From the NCBI GenBank assembly GCA_973895155.1, contig OZ316899.1, positions 15,713,974 through 15,777,973 of the forward strand: 64,000 bases of DNA, given 5' to 3'. Shown here piece after piece: positions 46,601-58,599 of the stretch; the first letter of the stretch is position 1; the number at the start of each line of letters is the position of its first letter. The notes under the pieces are model-generated. The model did not search any database. It was given only the letters and a program-made list of their open reading frames with translations, and was not told the origin of the DNA. The translations under genes were made by a program, and so were the position numbers. Source of the DNA: Marsupella aquatica (Eukaryota > Plantae > Marchantiophyta).

Positions 46601-47482
46601 TTATTCAAGAGGTTGATGTTTCGTATGGGACCTGGCATTTGAGACGAAGTGGGAAAGGGAGTGGACCTGTGTGCAATGGACTAGTGGATCGGAGTGTCTT
46701 TGGTAGAGAAGAATGCCGTAGTCTGATCAAGGAAATTGGATATAAGGCATTCCGGACTGGAGTTGTTGGTGTGGCCATTCACGGATTGAGGTTGTCCTCC
46801 CCACATCGTCAACTTCTGTACTTCTGTCCAAATAATAAGTGCCATAAAATAGGTGGAAGAAGGACTCTTGCCCAGCTCCCGCAACCACCTGACGCATTGC
46901 AAGTCCAACGAGGAACTAGGCTGACCCCTGAAGAGATTGATTTTCTCCTTCAAAATGGCTTTCAAATCAGAGGGTTATCATACTTTGATGCGACGCCAAT
47001 CAGGTCATTCTCTCCTGCAAGTCGTCTTGACCTCCAAATTGATGTGAACGCCTTCCCCAAAAGGGTTGACATTGCTTATCCAAATCGTCGATTGAAGACT
47101 CGAAATGGGAAAGGCGTTCGGCAATGTAACACCCTTGAGCTTCTTAAACGCATTCGATCTGCAACTGTCAAACAAATGAGAGTCATTGGAAGTGACAAGA
47201 TTTGCATAGGAAATGGATGGGGATGGCAATATTTCATCGCTACTCACGAGTGACTCTAGAATTGCACACAACTACTGGGTTCAAGTGTCCTACTTCCCTT
47301 GTTGCTCTTGTGATGACTTCTACAAGAGGCACACGCGAGGAAGACCCTACATGTCTTGTAAACATCTCCTCTGGGTGTACTTAAATAAGTTTTTGCTTAA
47401 TCTAGAGAGAGACGATCTTGTGAAACAACCAATTCTGACTGTTGGTGAACTGAGGAGTTTGATTCCGTTACACAGTAGTTGA
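43693..47482 (+). pseudogene. MULE DDE/SWIM transposase B, paralogue of A; decayed
   Basis: LPSTYNGNVVFELPP, QRYLFPGQG...HVFKM, TFSAHVYDHNYRALCTIF, FIADNAEAGW, WWVVRWRQWGNFI, GSESSHASM, CCSCDDF...SCKH. Intron 45745-45897 is at the same codon as in A; first Asp reads Tyr; many stops and frameshifts. Confidence 0.78.
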
Positions 47483-47998
47483 GTCAATCTCTTTTATCCG
47501 TTAAGGTGGACGTTTAAGAGTACCTATTTTTGTCGCATTCCAGGTTTCAAAACCTGAACAATGGACACTTTCCGAGTAATAAGAATGCTAATGGTATGTT
47601 AGCGAGGATCTTCTGTATATTAAGTGCGGGTCCTAAATGTTGCCTATTTTAACTAGCGATGTCGCTAACAATTAACAACACATATAAAGATGTAATTCAA
47701 CCAAACTTCTGTGAAAGTTTAACATACACGGAGTGATTGCATGCCATCCACAACGGAAATCACTCAAGTACCGATAGGCAATATTTACTAGCGATCTCGC
47801 CAGCAAGGTATGCACTCATGAAATTGAAAAAACTTTCGAAGCTTTATTCAGATATGTGTCCAATCTTTATCAAAACATCTGTAATTGACAAAATGTCCGT
47901 GTCCTATCGATCATTTCATTGTAAGGTCACGGACTTGACAGAGATTAACTGTAAAACTACGAGGGTTTGCAACGCGGAGTGATTGTCTAGGGTACTAT

Positions 47999-48442
47999 TC
48001 ATGGAGATGCCGCCTTGCAGGCGTCTGAATCTGTGTCCGAATCCGTATCATAATCGGACGAAGCTAGGATGTCGGATGTCCAGTAGTTGTGTATGTCGAT
48101 GTCCCTCCAGTAAGACTCCTCCTCCTCTCTCTTCCGCTTCTCTGAAACTCCCTTAGAAACATATACGTTTGTGCGAGAAGACATTGGTGCTCTGAAAACA
48201 ACGCTTGAAGTTGTTTCCTTCGGTGGTGCAAGTCGTTGAGTTGAAGCACAGACAACAGGCGGGACCCGGCTGGATGATGATCCAGTCTTGAGTGGAGGGG
48301 GTACACTCTTCCTTTCCGGAGGAGAGCTTGGTGGCGAGTCCACTGGGCCGTCAGTTTTGGCGTTGTAGCGGCGGACCTCCAGAACCCATTTGGGTTTTGG
48401 AGCGGAAGAGTCATCGTTCTTTGCCATTTTTGTCTGTAACAA
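47999..48442 (-). CDS. Small Ser/Pro-rich, acidic-tailed ORF convergent with transposase B
   Basis: 147-aa ORF with NLS-like KRKR; no recognisable domain. Confidence 0.35.
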   Translation of the reverse strand: MLQTKMAKNDDSSAPKPKWVLEVRRYNAKTDGPVDSPPSSPPERKSVPPPLKTGSSSSRVPPVVCASTQRLAPPKETTSSVVFRAPMSSRTNVYVSKGVSEKRKREEEESYWRDIDIHNYWTSDILASSDYDTDSDTDSDACKAASP

Positions 48443-49376
48443 ACGCTGCTATGTATCAGATTACTTTCTCAACATGTGTTTACCAAATAGAAATAGTCAC
48501 CTTCAAAACATCCAAGCTCATCGAGTCAAAACGCGCAAAACTACGAGAAGGAAAATAGAACTGGGAAAACCAGACTTTCTCATTAACAATAACGCTACTT
48601 GCTGTGAAGAGGTCTCCCGATATCAAACTTACATCTCCTTGTGCGACAAAAACTTTGCAAGGATGCGACACACCCAAGAACGCCAGATCCCCTCCTCGCT
48701 CGCAGATATGACAACACAAGCTCAATTGAAGTTACTCTGCGATGCAAAGACGATCGCGAAAGAGTGAGGAGACGATGAAAGTCAAATAATGAGAACACTA
48801 TTAGGAATGGAGATGAGTCGAGAGGTCCAAATGACATATAGTGCATTTCGGGAGCCTCGGATCCTCTAAAATAGTTTTGCATTTCATCATTCATGAGGAA
48901 GGGGACATTGGATTTTGTCGTGATATGATCCGGTGTAGTGTTGTTGCTGCAACCGTTAACACCCGTGCTTTCTAATGAGTGCTTTTCGTGTGGGTCATGA
49001 CCGCACAAAGTATTTTGTGCGAGAATGATGGGCAGAGTTATGGCTAGCAACTTTGCTGGCCTGATGTACGTTGGAATTATATATTGAATTATGGTGCCGT
49101 CGACGACCGTTTGTGTCTGGGGAATACGTAATATGTACCAATCCACCGTCGGGATCGCTTTTTAAACCCAACGGGAGTTAAATAAATAGGTGGAATAGAA
49201 GGTTCCTTTTAGGCTAGCAAGAGTCACTTTATGCTAGCGAGGTTGTTTTCGTGCCAAATTTTGGGTATTCCAAGGAGAAAATGATCCCGTGCAAGGAATG
49301 TTTTTACTGTTTCCTCGCACGCTACAATGACCCAATGCTTAGGTCATTCCATTCCTTATGAGAAATGTCATGCGAA

Positions 49377-49431
49377 AGGGCAATGTGCAGTGCAACGGCA
49401 ACATTGTTGAGGGCACTCTTGAGTGCTTAGG
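49377..49431 (+). repeat. ~55-bp degenerate direct repeat, copy 2
   Basis: Matches 38543-38594. Confidence 0.75.
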
Positions 49432-49689
49432 TTTTCAGTGAGTTGCAGTCCGGGAGGAGATGTGATCTGGGGACTGAGGTGCTGAGGGGAGGAGCTGTGA
49501 TCTGGGAAGGTGCTGCGGTGCCGAGGTCTATTGTAAGCTAAGGGGAGGAGCTTTGCGCCATTAAGGTTGCGGAGGTTGCTTTGCGCCATTGCTTTTTCAC
49601 CAACCAAGGCTTGTGTGGTCGGATAGTGGTGGGAGTTTGGTGGGAGGAGAGCTAAGGTTCCAAGTTTGACTAATCCACAAGTGACCAAC

Positions 49690-49940
49690 TTGCTGTTGTG
49701 GAAGGTGGACCTGCATGCTCCTGTGGAAGGTGGACTACAGAAGGAAATTGTTGAGGAAGGCAATCCCTGCGGAAGGCGATTGCTGCGGAAGGTGGACTGT
49801 AGTGGGTCCTTAAGGTCGCGGAGGCATTCAAAGGAGGCATGAGCAGGGCAGCAATCGTTTGCTATTGCGGAAGGTGGACATTGGAGTTGTGAAGGCGATC
49901 CCTGTGGAAGGCGACCACTGTGGAAGGCGGACTGTAGTGG
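49690..49940 (+). repeat. TG(T/C)GGAAGG(T/C)G minisatellite
   Basis: About 8 units with 20-45 bp spacing. Confidence 0.75.
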
Positions 49941-49943
49941 GTG

Positions 49944-50184
49944 CAGATCTACACCAGATCCATGACCCTTGACTGACATTTTGAATATGTGGGGCCAATT
50001 TGCTAAACAACCCTGACCCGGCAAAAGATACCTTTGGAGGAAAGAAATATTATTTGACCTTTGCATTTGAGCTAGGAGATCTAACTCACCACGACCAGCC
50101 TGGTCCATTCGAACGCTACAACAAAAGCGATGCAACTTTCTGCGGAGTAGATAGAACCATGAGAGATTTCCAAATTTCTGTTTC
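49944..50184 (-). pseudogene. Internal fragment of an A-type MULE transposase
   Basis: ETEIWKSLMVLSTPQK...GRGELDLLAQMQR...FLQRYLLPGQG...HIFKMSVKGHGSGVDL closely matches the translation of 2365-2606. Confidence 0.85.
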
Positions 50185-51418
50185 GGTGGATGGCAAGATC
50201 GAGGGGTACCAAAGGACGCAAAAAGGACTGTGGAAAAAAGCACTATGAACCTTTGAGTCCTTTGAAAATGTATGGCCAGGATTGGAGGATCTAAGTTATA
50301 GGAGTCCATTTGAATTTTGAAAGTACTGGTAAAGAGACTGACTATAAACTTCCTTTGCAGGGTAAGAAGCGCCAACCTGCCTGAGCCGCGCATTGGTTTC
50401 CCCGCTGTCCTTTAGCATTGGTTTTTGAACATCGTTGAACTTTCAAATTCAGCCCTGTCGCCCTGAAAGCTCTGTATGTCCATTGGTTTCCCCGCCTGTC
50501 CTTGAGCTCTGTGTTTGGTTTGCGCATGCTGGAACTTGTCATATTTTGAATTCTTTGGACCCCGATGTGTGGGCTGATCGATTGGAGCTAGTGTCGACTC
50601 TTTCATGGAGTCTAAGTTTGAGTCCTTTGAGGCTGAATGAGGTTTGTCAATAGATTTCCTGATTTTCTCTGTGATTTGCTGTGTGGAATGCGACTGGAGA
50701 CCGTGATTCATTTGGAGCATGGGCCGTTTGCTACTCGTAGTGTCAAAGAGTTTGTGGAGTATTCCTAAACCTAGGCTTGTGTGGGGAATCACCGGTGGAA
50801 TCCGATTGGAACTGATTGGAGCTGGGCCGGTTGCTATTTGTAGTGTGGTTGAGGGCTTTTGTCAAGTTTTCCTGAAGCTTGGCTGGTGCGTGGGATTTGA
50901 GTGGAGGTGATTGAAGCTTGTGCCGCTTGCTGATCATACTGTGGTTTTTGGTCTAACTATTCTTGAAGCTGGACTGCGTCTCTTCAGAGTTTGGTTCAAG
51001 TGCTGATTGGAGTCGTGGTGAGCCACATCTTCTTGAACAATAAGTTTGACGTCGTCTACTGTAGGTTTTCCCTACAAGCAATGCAAACCAATTGTTTTCT
51101 TTTTCCGGCCATTACTTAGGGATTCCGGCTATTGAATATTTGGTTGGTTGCTGCAAAACATTTGGAGTTTGGTAAGCTGTGTGTTTGGTTTATTTGTTGC
51201 ATTGGCATCATTGTTGTTAGGCGGTTTTGATGGATACTGAGGCTCCATCGACAGTTGATGGAGTCGTGGGTGTTGAATCCATACAAAACACGGTAGAACC
51301 ATAGGTCCTAGTCAATGTACCTGGTAAACATAGTGCAAAGAAACCTTCTAAGGTAGCAACACCTCTTGCATGTGATGAGAAGCCAAAAGCCTCTAGAGGC
51401 AAGAATGTTGAGAAGCTC

Positions 51419-54400
51419 GTGGAGTCTTGGGATACAGTAGAGTTCCAGAAGGATGCATCTTATTTTGCATTGACGTTTGGACTCCCCGATGAAGACAAGA
51501 ATCCGTATAAGATAAGTGATATTCGTGACGATGATTTGGCTGTATGCTTTGGAGAGAAAACAAGGAGCGGTTATAAGCTGAATAACTGCGTAGGTGTTCC
51601 CATTGAAGACATACTGCATCTATCCCAAGTTGTGGATGGGTATGAGAAACCAGTGAATGGAGTTTTGGCTCATACATTTGTGAAAGGGGCCTACGTTGAG
51701 CGAGTTCTTCATAGGAAAGTCAATTGGGCAAGATATGCGGCTGCTAAGCTGAAGGGACAGATTTTGCAATGGGAGCGAGAGGGGAAAGGTAGGCCTGATG
51801 GGCCTCCTTGTGTCCGGAAGCCACGTTTCTACCAACCGTCGGTGCCCGAAGAGTTTGATACAGAGACTAAGGATGCAGTTCAAGCAATTCAGAGAGCCTC
51901 CGCATCAATTGATGCATCCAAGGAGTTGAAGATTTGCCTTTGGGATAATGCAGCTGGTGCGATGGACATCGGGCAGAGCAAAACGGATACACACTTGTCT
52001 GTGGACAGTTTGGACATCCCAAAGGTTCATTTCATTCCTGAAGCTGGGCCCCTTGCACTGTTATTGGGAATTCTTGACTCTGCAATATCGTTAACAGAGA
52101 TCTGACTACGTGAGACTCACCAGGATTTTGCTACGGTTGAAACAAGCTTGGAGAGACTACATATGTCTATACGAGATCACCCAAGAACGCTTGCAAAAAC
52201 TCAGTGATGATTTCAGAACTAGGGAGATGGAGGTAGCTGAAGTTGGGCAGAGCATAGAGTCAACAGACAACGCAATTGAAGAACTTACGACTGAGCTTGA
52301 GCTAGAGCAAAACACAGAAGAAGTCGAGAACAATGAGGTATTAATATTTGTTGCTTAAATTCTTGCTAAGTTTGTTTCCTAGATGTGTAAGAGAATGCAT
52401 AGTGGAGCCTTTCCCTGAAGTGAAGCATAATGTACTCTCAAGTATGTCATTGCCAGTTTGCAGCAACCACATTGTCAATCTATAGTTTTCCATGCTATGT
52501 AGCTAGACCTATATTGCGTTCCACATTTGTGTAACTTAGCAGTGTAGACTGTTAGTCCAACAATCAAGGTACTAGAATCTTACAATGGAAAGTGCTTCTT
52601 GTCCATGATTACAGGGGATCACTCAATACACACTCATTTTGGAAGACCGGCTTAAGGCTGAAAAGGCAAAAATTGTGGAGTTGAAGGAGCGCCAAGGAAC
52701 CGTTGTGAAGGAGTTGAACACATTGGAGCAGCTCATTGAAGTTGACCGGAAGCGGTATGAGGCCTTGCCAGGGATGGTGGACCGATTGAGAAAAGTGGTT
52801 GCAAGTCGCGGAACTCGACTACCTTAACACTTAGCTCTGACGTTGCTGACTCCGACGCCGAGCTCCCTTATGGTCCAGGCCCGGAGGCCATCCGGGGAGG
52901 ACTTAGCATGGGGAGACTTGTGGGCAATGAGACATGGCACTGGCGAGGCAAGGGGCCAAGTTGGGGACACACACTAAGGACTTGGACTAGCCTATGGCTG
53001 GTCGGGTCAAGGGGAAATGGGCCGGACTCAAGGATGGCCATCCGGACCGTCGGATGGACTTTGAGTTCTGAGGGCTTGGGAGTGAGCTCCTCTTGGGCCC
53101 AAGGCCAATGGAGTTGACGCCATGGGCAACGGACGCTTGGGGCGCAAGTTGTGGCCCGATCCGGGTTGGGCCGATCGGGGGCTCCGAGCGGCGATCAGAC
53201 CTGAGGGCCTAGGCATGAGCACTGGGTCGGCCCGGTCAGAACGGGCTAAGGCACTCCGCTTGCGGATGCCTATCAAGAAAGTTATGGGCGTTGCCAGTTG
53301 GTGGCGCACCCATTATGCGCGATGGGATCCGGGTTGGGGGCCAAATGTTTAGGGACCAAAGCTAGTCCGGGGGTGGTAGGTGTCCAGAAGCATATATGAG
53401 GGGAGTGTTGTCTCCCTGGGGGCTAAGGTCGAGCCGAAGTCGTGAGCCGCGGCGGTCGCGACACTAAGGGAAACCGCCAAACAAAAATGACGATATCTCC
53501 CCAACGGGAAGTCCGTTGGAGGACTTCTTGGGTGCGTTGGAAAGCACTTGAGGAGGGCTACGCTCTCCTGAGATCAGATGGGTCCGGGGGTTCCATGGGT
53601 TCTCATGGTTTGCGGGTGTTAGCTCGCCCGCTTGCCAAATCCTGCCGAACAGCAGCCAAGCCGCGTTCAGCCTCCCAAGGGAGCTTGCATTGGGGAGGCA
53701 AGGCCAAGTAGGTATGGAGGCTGAGTCCCAAGGGCGTTCGGTCCCTAGACCATCAGTGCGGCAAACCGGGAGCGGTTGTTAGAGTCGGGGCCGTTCTGGT
53801 CCCGGTATGTTGAGACAAGCTTGAAACAAGCTTTAGGACAAGCTATGCTATTTGGGCCATGAGCATGTCCTGAGGTCAGGGCGGTCAGTTGGTGATGCAT
53901 AGGTACAAGGGAGAACCCGGGCGTGGGTTCTGGTTCCGGCTTATGGCGTTGGGAGGACCTATTGCTGACCTATTTACCAACGTCTGTTGAGCTTGAGTTA
54001 GGATGCTAGACTGGGCGAGTTCTAGATTCGGAGGGGTTACTTACCGAGGTGCTTGGTTGTTTGTGCAGACAGTGAGGACTATTGAGTAGCGGTCATGTAG
54101 GTGAGCAAGTGCGGCTTCGTATGGGAGTGGCCGCTGGTGGTGCTAGAGGCACTTGGATGCTTGCTCGAGGTATTTCGTGGAGGCGTTCGGGCACCAAGGG
54201 CACTTAGGCGCAAGTGCTGGGATTGGTGAGGGCGTTGGGTGGCAAGGTCCATGACCCTACAGCACTGGAGTTGAAATTGAAGGAACTCAAGTTAGCCGAG
54301 GGAGCTCAAAGGTCTGAATATTCTACTTTGGTAGCAGTACTTGGCAATCCGTGTCCGCAATTGAGACCCACCTTTGTTGCAACATCAGCTCATGCAGAGG

Positions 54401-55397
54401 CAACCGAAGTTACAGTATCGGGTTGTCCAATTTGTTGCAATGGCTATCATTGTTACAATTGGATCCCAGCATCGTGTGGGCACACCTATCATCCAAGCTG
54501 CCTGTTTCGTTTGATTGGTGGTAACTCAGAGACTGCTCCAAAGTGTTTTTCTTGTGGGACACTTTTCTCTAATGATTGGCTGCGAAGTTGGGGCTTGATG
54601 ATCTGGAGCAGACGCGTGTTTCTTACATCAAAGACCTGAAAGAAGTGTACGGGAAGCACAGTATACATCTTGGAAAACGAAGACAACTTGGAGAGCAAAT
54701 GCAATATTTGCAACAAAGGGTACTGTATCTACTTTTGTCTCAAGTGCATTGTATTACCTCTCTACTTTGTATCAATCTTTTGTTTGCATTTATCTTCACC
54801 TACTGTAGAAAACCCATTGCATCGGTTGAACTTCATTGAATTCAGAATGCATGGCATGTGTTGACGCTTGAAATAATTAAGAGAATATCTCAAGTCACAA
54901 TCATCCATCTTTTCAGATTAGAAGAAATTATGACAAAGTTGAGATTATCGTCGATCAGGTGTCAGCATTCAATTTCCTCATTATTAATTTGGTTGTATGT
55001 ATGTGTCCAGGAAAATGTCTATACCCAAACAAAAATCTTCTTGAGTTCTTCAGAGGCTATCTTATGAAAACCGGCTGATGATAGTGAAGACCAGTCATCT
55101 AAAATGCCTTTCTTGACACCCAAAGTGGAGGGTGCGGATTTGAAGAAAAGATCGAGGGCTGTGGGGACTGTGGAATCCGCTAGGAAGGTGACAAGTAGAT
55201 CTTTGACAAGTTTAGAGAATAACACGATGCCCTTTAACCCAGAGTCTCCATCTCAAGTTTCCTTCAAGCGGATGTTAGAACTTGTTGAGGCTGTCCCTGG
55301 ACATTCAAACCCAGAATTGCCCCCACCTGATGGAGTGAAGAGTGTTTGCACTAAACCATCAACCAAGTCCAGAAAGAAAATGGGGCTTTATCCTTGA
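51419..55397 (+). pseudogene. Fragmented gene: PMD-like (KVNWA) domain, coiled coil, RING-H2; interrupted by the 1.4-kb element
   Basis: ORFs 51419, 52110, 52639, 54214 and 55104; RING-H2 CPIC...CGHTYHPSC...CFSC at ~54424-54555. Joining them into one gene is inference. Confidence 0.5.
52871..54251 (-). mobile_element. 1.4-kb element, copy 2 (inverted)
   Basis: Reverse complement of copy 1 with the same TGGACC...TGGACCA ends, A|T flanks and hairpin. Confidence 0.9.
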
Positions 55398-55749
55398 GCC
55401 TGGAGTTACAAGCTGGCAAGTTTGCCCACTGATTGGACTGACTTCTATGTAATATCTATAATACAGTTAGTCTTGGGTTGATTTTGAATTGTTGAGTTAG
55501 TTGATAACACTGAGCATTTGTTCTGTGCAGCAATCATCTCAAGCCAAGCGTGTGTCCTATTTATGAACATAGTCAAGCAGCAGGTTGAAAGGTAGCTTTG
55601 ATCATTGCACTCCAAATTTTGCTTAACAATTAGGTAATTTGTGCATGTCCTTATTATTAAACTAGGTATATCCTTTGCTTTGGTAGTCTTAGAGTACAGA
55701 AGGAACCAGATCGATTCCTTGAGATTAATGAGACTTCAAGCTGTATAGA

Positions 55750-56190
55750 TCTGATTCAGGACTCCAAGGAGTGGCAGTTCTCTTAGAAGGACTTCTACTC
55801 ATTCAGAAATGCAATTTGCGTCCTTCACAAAGGACTGAAGGTCATTCGCCGAGGACTCCTAGTCCATCTCTATGATCTAGGGTCCTTGAACTCTGTAAGC
55901 AAGGTTTGGTCTTTTTCCAGGGGGATCAACTACCACGTCCTTTCCAAGGACTTGAATTCCTCTGGATATTAAGGAGTTTGACTCCTTTGGGAAGGAGTTC
56001 GTGTCTTTTGGAAAGGAGTCCTTTTTCCAATGATTGGGGTCCTTGGCCTAGTCATTATAAGGAGTGCGGTCCTTTTCTTAGTCCTCTTAGTCCTTTTTAA
56101 GGACTACGTCCTTTCGCAAGTCCTTTTCCAAGGACTCAGAGCGCTTTGCCAAGGATTAATCAGTGGCAAAGCACGTTTCAGGTCCTTTGA
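55750..56190. repeat. AAGGAC/GTCCTT motif array 1
   Basis: Dense AAGGACT and AGTCCTT units in both orientations. Confidence 0.8.
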
Positions 56191-56325
56191 TAAAAAAGAT
56201 TATGTGTCTTTTTCCAATGATACTGTGTGTCTGAGCACTGTGCTTGAAAAGCGTCAAACTTCAGCGTCAAATTAACCATAGTTTAAATCAATGCACCAAA
56301 TAGTTTCTCACTCATTTGTAATAGA

Positions 56326-56958
56326 TTGAGTCTCATGCACGCTCCTTTTGTTGGATTTGTGCAGATGGACAAGAAAGACTTATTTTTCACTTTGAAGAGG
56401 GCCAAGATTGACTTGATGTGGGGGTTGTGTGTTGGAGCTTTTGTGTATGAAGGTTGTGGTGTATTGTTGAAGGATGGAAGGGCGTGTTCCTTGGGGAAGC
56501 ACAAACGTAAACTCAGGAGGCAGGATCAGTCACCATTTGGTCCTCATTCTCGGAGTAGGTTGGAGCATATTTGTTGTGAAGATGGCAGTGGCACGTACAT
56601 GTTTTGTTTTGTTGTGCAGGTTGGTGATGTTGTCATCCAGGTGAACGAAGATAAGGGCCTGCAATTGATGGGGATTTCGGGACAGTTGTTAAAGGAGTCT
56701 TGCAAACTTGAAAAATCAAAGAGAACTGAAATTTGTGAACATGTGATGAGTTTGTTGTGGACGATTACTTATGTGAAAGATGAATGTGCAAATGATCTGC
56801 CTCGGGCTGTGAGATTTGAACAGTGCCCCTCTGAAGCTGATGGTGAGACCGAGGGTGCGACAAGCTTTGTAGAGTGCCCCTTGGATGTAGATGGTGACAA
56901 AGAGGATTCCAAGTTAAAATCAGAGAAGAATACGGATAGGAGATTTACTTCATCATAA
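56326..56958 (+). CDS. Possible RPA70 C-terminal-like OB/Zn-ribbon protein
   Basis: FVYEGCG...CS...HICC...YMFCFVVQVGD...EDKGLQLMGISGQLL follows the Y.AC...Y.....D...GEQLMG.SA pattern of RPA1 DBD-C. Confidence 0.4.
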   Translation: MSLMHAPFVGFVQMDKKDLFFTLKRAKIDLMWGLCVGAFVYEGCGVLLKDGRACSLGKHKRKLRRQDQSPFGPHSRSRLEHICCEDGSGTYMFCFVVQVGDVVIQVNEDKGLQLMGISGQLLKESCKLEKSKRTEICEHVMSLLWTITYVKDECANDLPRAVRFEQCPSEADGETEGATSFVECPLDVDGDKEDSKLKSEKNTDRRFTSS

Positions 56959-58599
56959 GGCAGATTGAAGGATGCTATTACTGATTTATCAGGGGACATA
57001 GTACAGTCATTTGTTGAAGTCATTTTGCATCCATGAGTAGACATTTCATTTCAGCACTATAAGTAGCCAAACAGAAATTTTGTAAATCCCATCTAACAGA
57101 ACAAAAGTGGCTAATTTTACAGTTTTGAAGGATTTCAGAGAGTACATCTTTGATGTTTTGGAGTTCTGCTATCTCTTTTGGAGTTTGCACATGACTTTTT
57201 TATATATAAAGATCCTGAGCTTCCACAATTGATATTGATGAAGATAATAGGGAAGAGAGAGTCATGCGTAGTAATACATCAATGTGGACATTATAAGAGA
57301 TTTCCCTGCACAATGATCCCCCAAGAGGCTCTTGATTCAGGACTCACGATTTGGAGACCTCGGATTATGTGGATCTCTTCTGCACCTGAACTACAGACTT
57401 TATAGATGGGGCCATCCCACTTCTGAATGTCAAAACAACGTTTACACAATCGTTTAGAGGCACGAGACAAGATAGACTTGATCAAGGTCTGTTCTGGTAG
57501 GATTACTCTGTAGACCTCTGAAACTGTATGTATATTAATTTGTTTACTCAATTATTCTTTGCCTTGGTACGTGGATTTCTAACAAAAATCTCAATGCAAC
57601 AATATAATCTCACAAGTGTTAAATCCAAGCAGCCCATTCAAATTGTAAGACATGGATGGAATGTGGTCATAAAATCCTAAACCTGGGCAAGTGCAAAAAT
57701 ACATAAATATAAACATAATACTACATGTGTTGTAGGAGATGAAAGACTTACAACTTTACAACTGCTCATTCAATTAAAGGAGCACAAACATTGACTGCTC
57801 TAGTTGTTGGACTGAAAGAATCAATGACTGAAGCATAAGAGAACAAGATAACTTCCATGAATCCGGGCAAGAATTTCAGCCCTGGATCGGAAACTAAAGA
57901 ATGCAAAAGTTACAAGGTGGCACTTGCCAACATATATTAATATCTGGAATGAGATGTACTATGCTTGAAAAGCAGTCTTCAAGAGCACATGCTTTGTGGA
58001 GTTTTCTTTAAACAAGTCAACATGCCTATACATGGCCTATGATGATAATAATGGCAAAATAGGCAACAACCAAATGATACCCTGGCCTCCATCATGTGCC
58101 TATAGGATGGATTTGAGAGCTTGGTAGCTGAGCCACAACAATTGGCAATTAAGAAGCTGAAACATGCCACAAGTGCAGTCGAGTCTAGTAGCCCCCTGAT
58201 GCTATGTATTAGATTAAATTCAAAATAATCCTTCTGAATCCAGGAGTCAACGTCAACTGGTCCTGGGCTGCTCCCGAGGGCGCGCTAACACTACCTACTC
58301 AGTAAGTATGCATGTTGACTAGGACCACAAACTGTACTACATTTTCCTTGCTATAAGTCAGATCTGATTGCTTTCCTCCAATTAATGTACGTACTGTTAC
58401 CGGTATGTCAAATGTCATATCTCAATTTCCTGAATCAATCTACCTACATGGAGTTCAACTGAAACAAAGAGCATCTATGAAAGCAGTGCCTAAACTGACC
58501 ATCCTGGACAGAGTACTTAAACCTGTGCTCATTCACGTCTCGACTCCTTTCAAATATGTAGGCTTCAACCATTGATTGAAAGCTGATTGTAGTTTGCTT

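Larger units (their letters stand above)
38629..49242. repeat. Dispersed palindrome family B, consensus GCTAGCG-ANNT-CGCTAGC
   Basis: Full or near-full sites at 39951, 40023, 42225, 43383, 43476, 45778, 45846, 47653, 47788 and 49042; half-sites at 38629, 38646, 47597, 49212 and 49232. Confidence 0.9.

Noticed and set aside
49368-50393. 341-aa ORF as a real gene
   Set aside because: It is a mosaic of a transposase fragment, a minisatellite and the direct repeat.
52865-54258. CCCT as a 4-bp TSD for element copy 2
   Set aside because: Copy 1 has no equivalent duplication (GTAG versus GTGA), while A|T flanks fit both complete copies; not fully excluded.
57178-57551. Possible LINE RT remnant (IRGLQI)
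   Set aside because: A single weak motif with no QG or YADD context.
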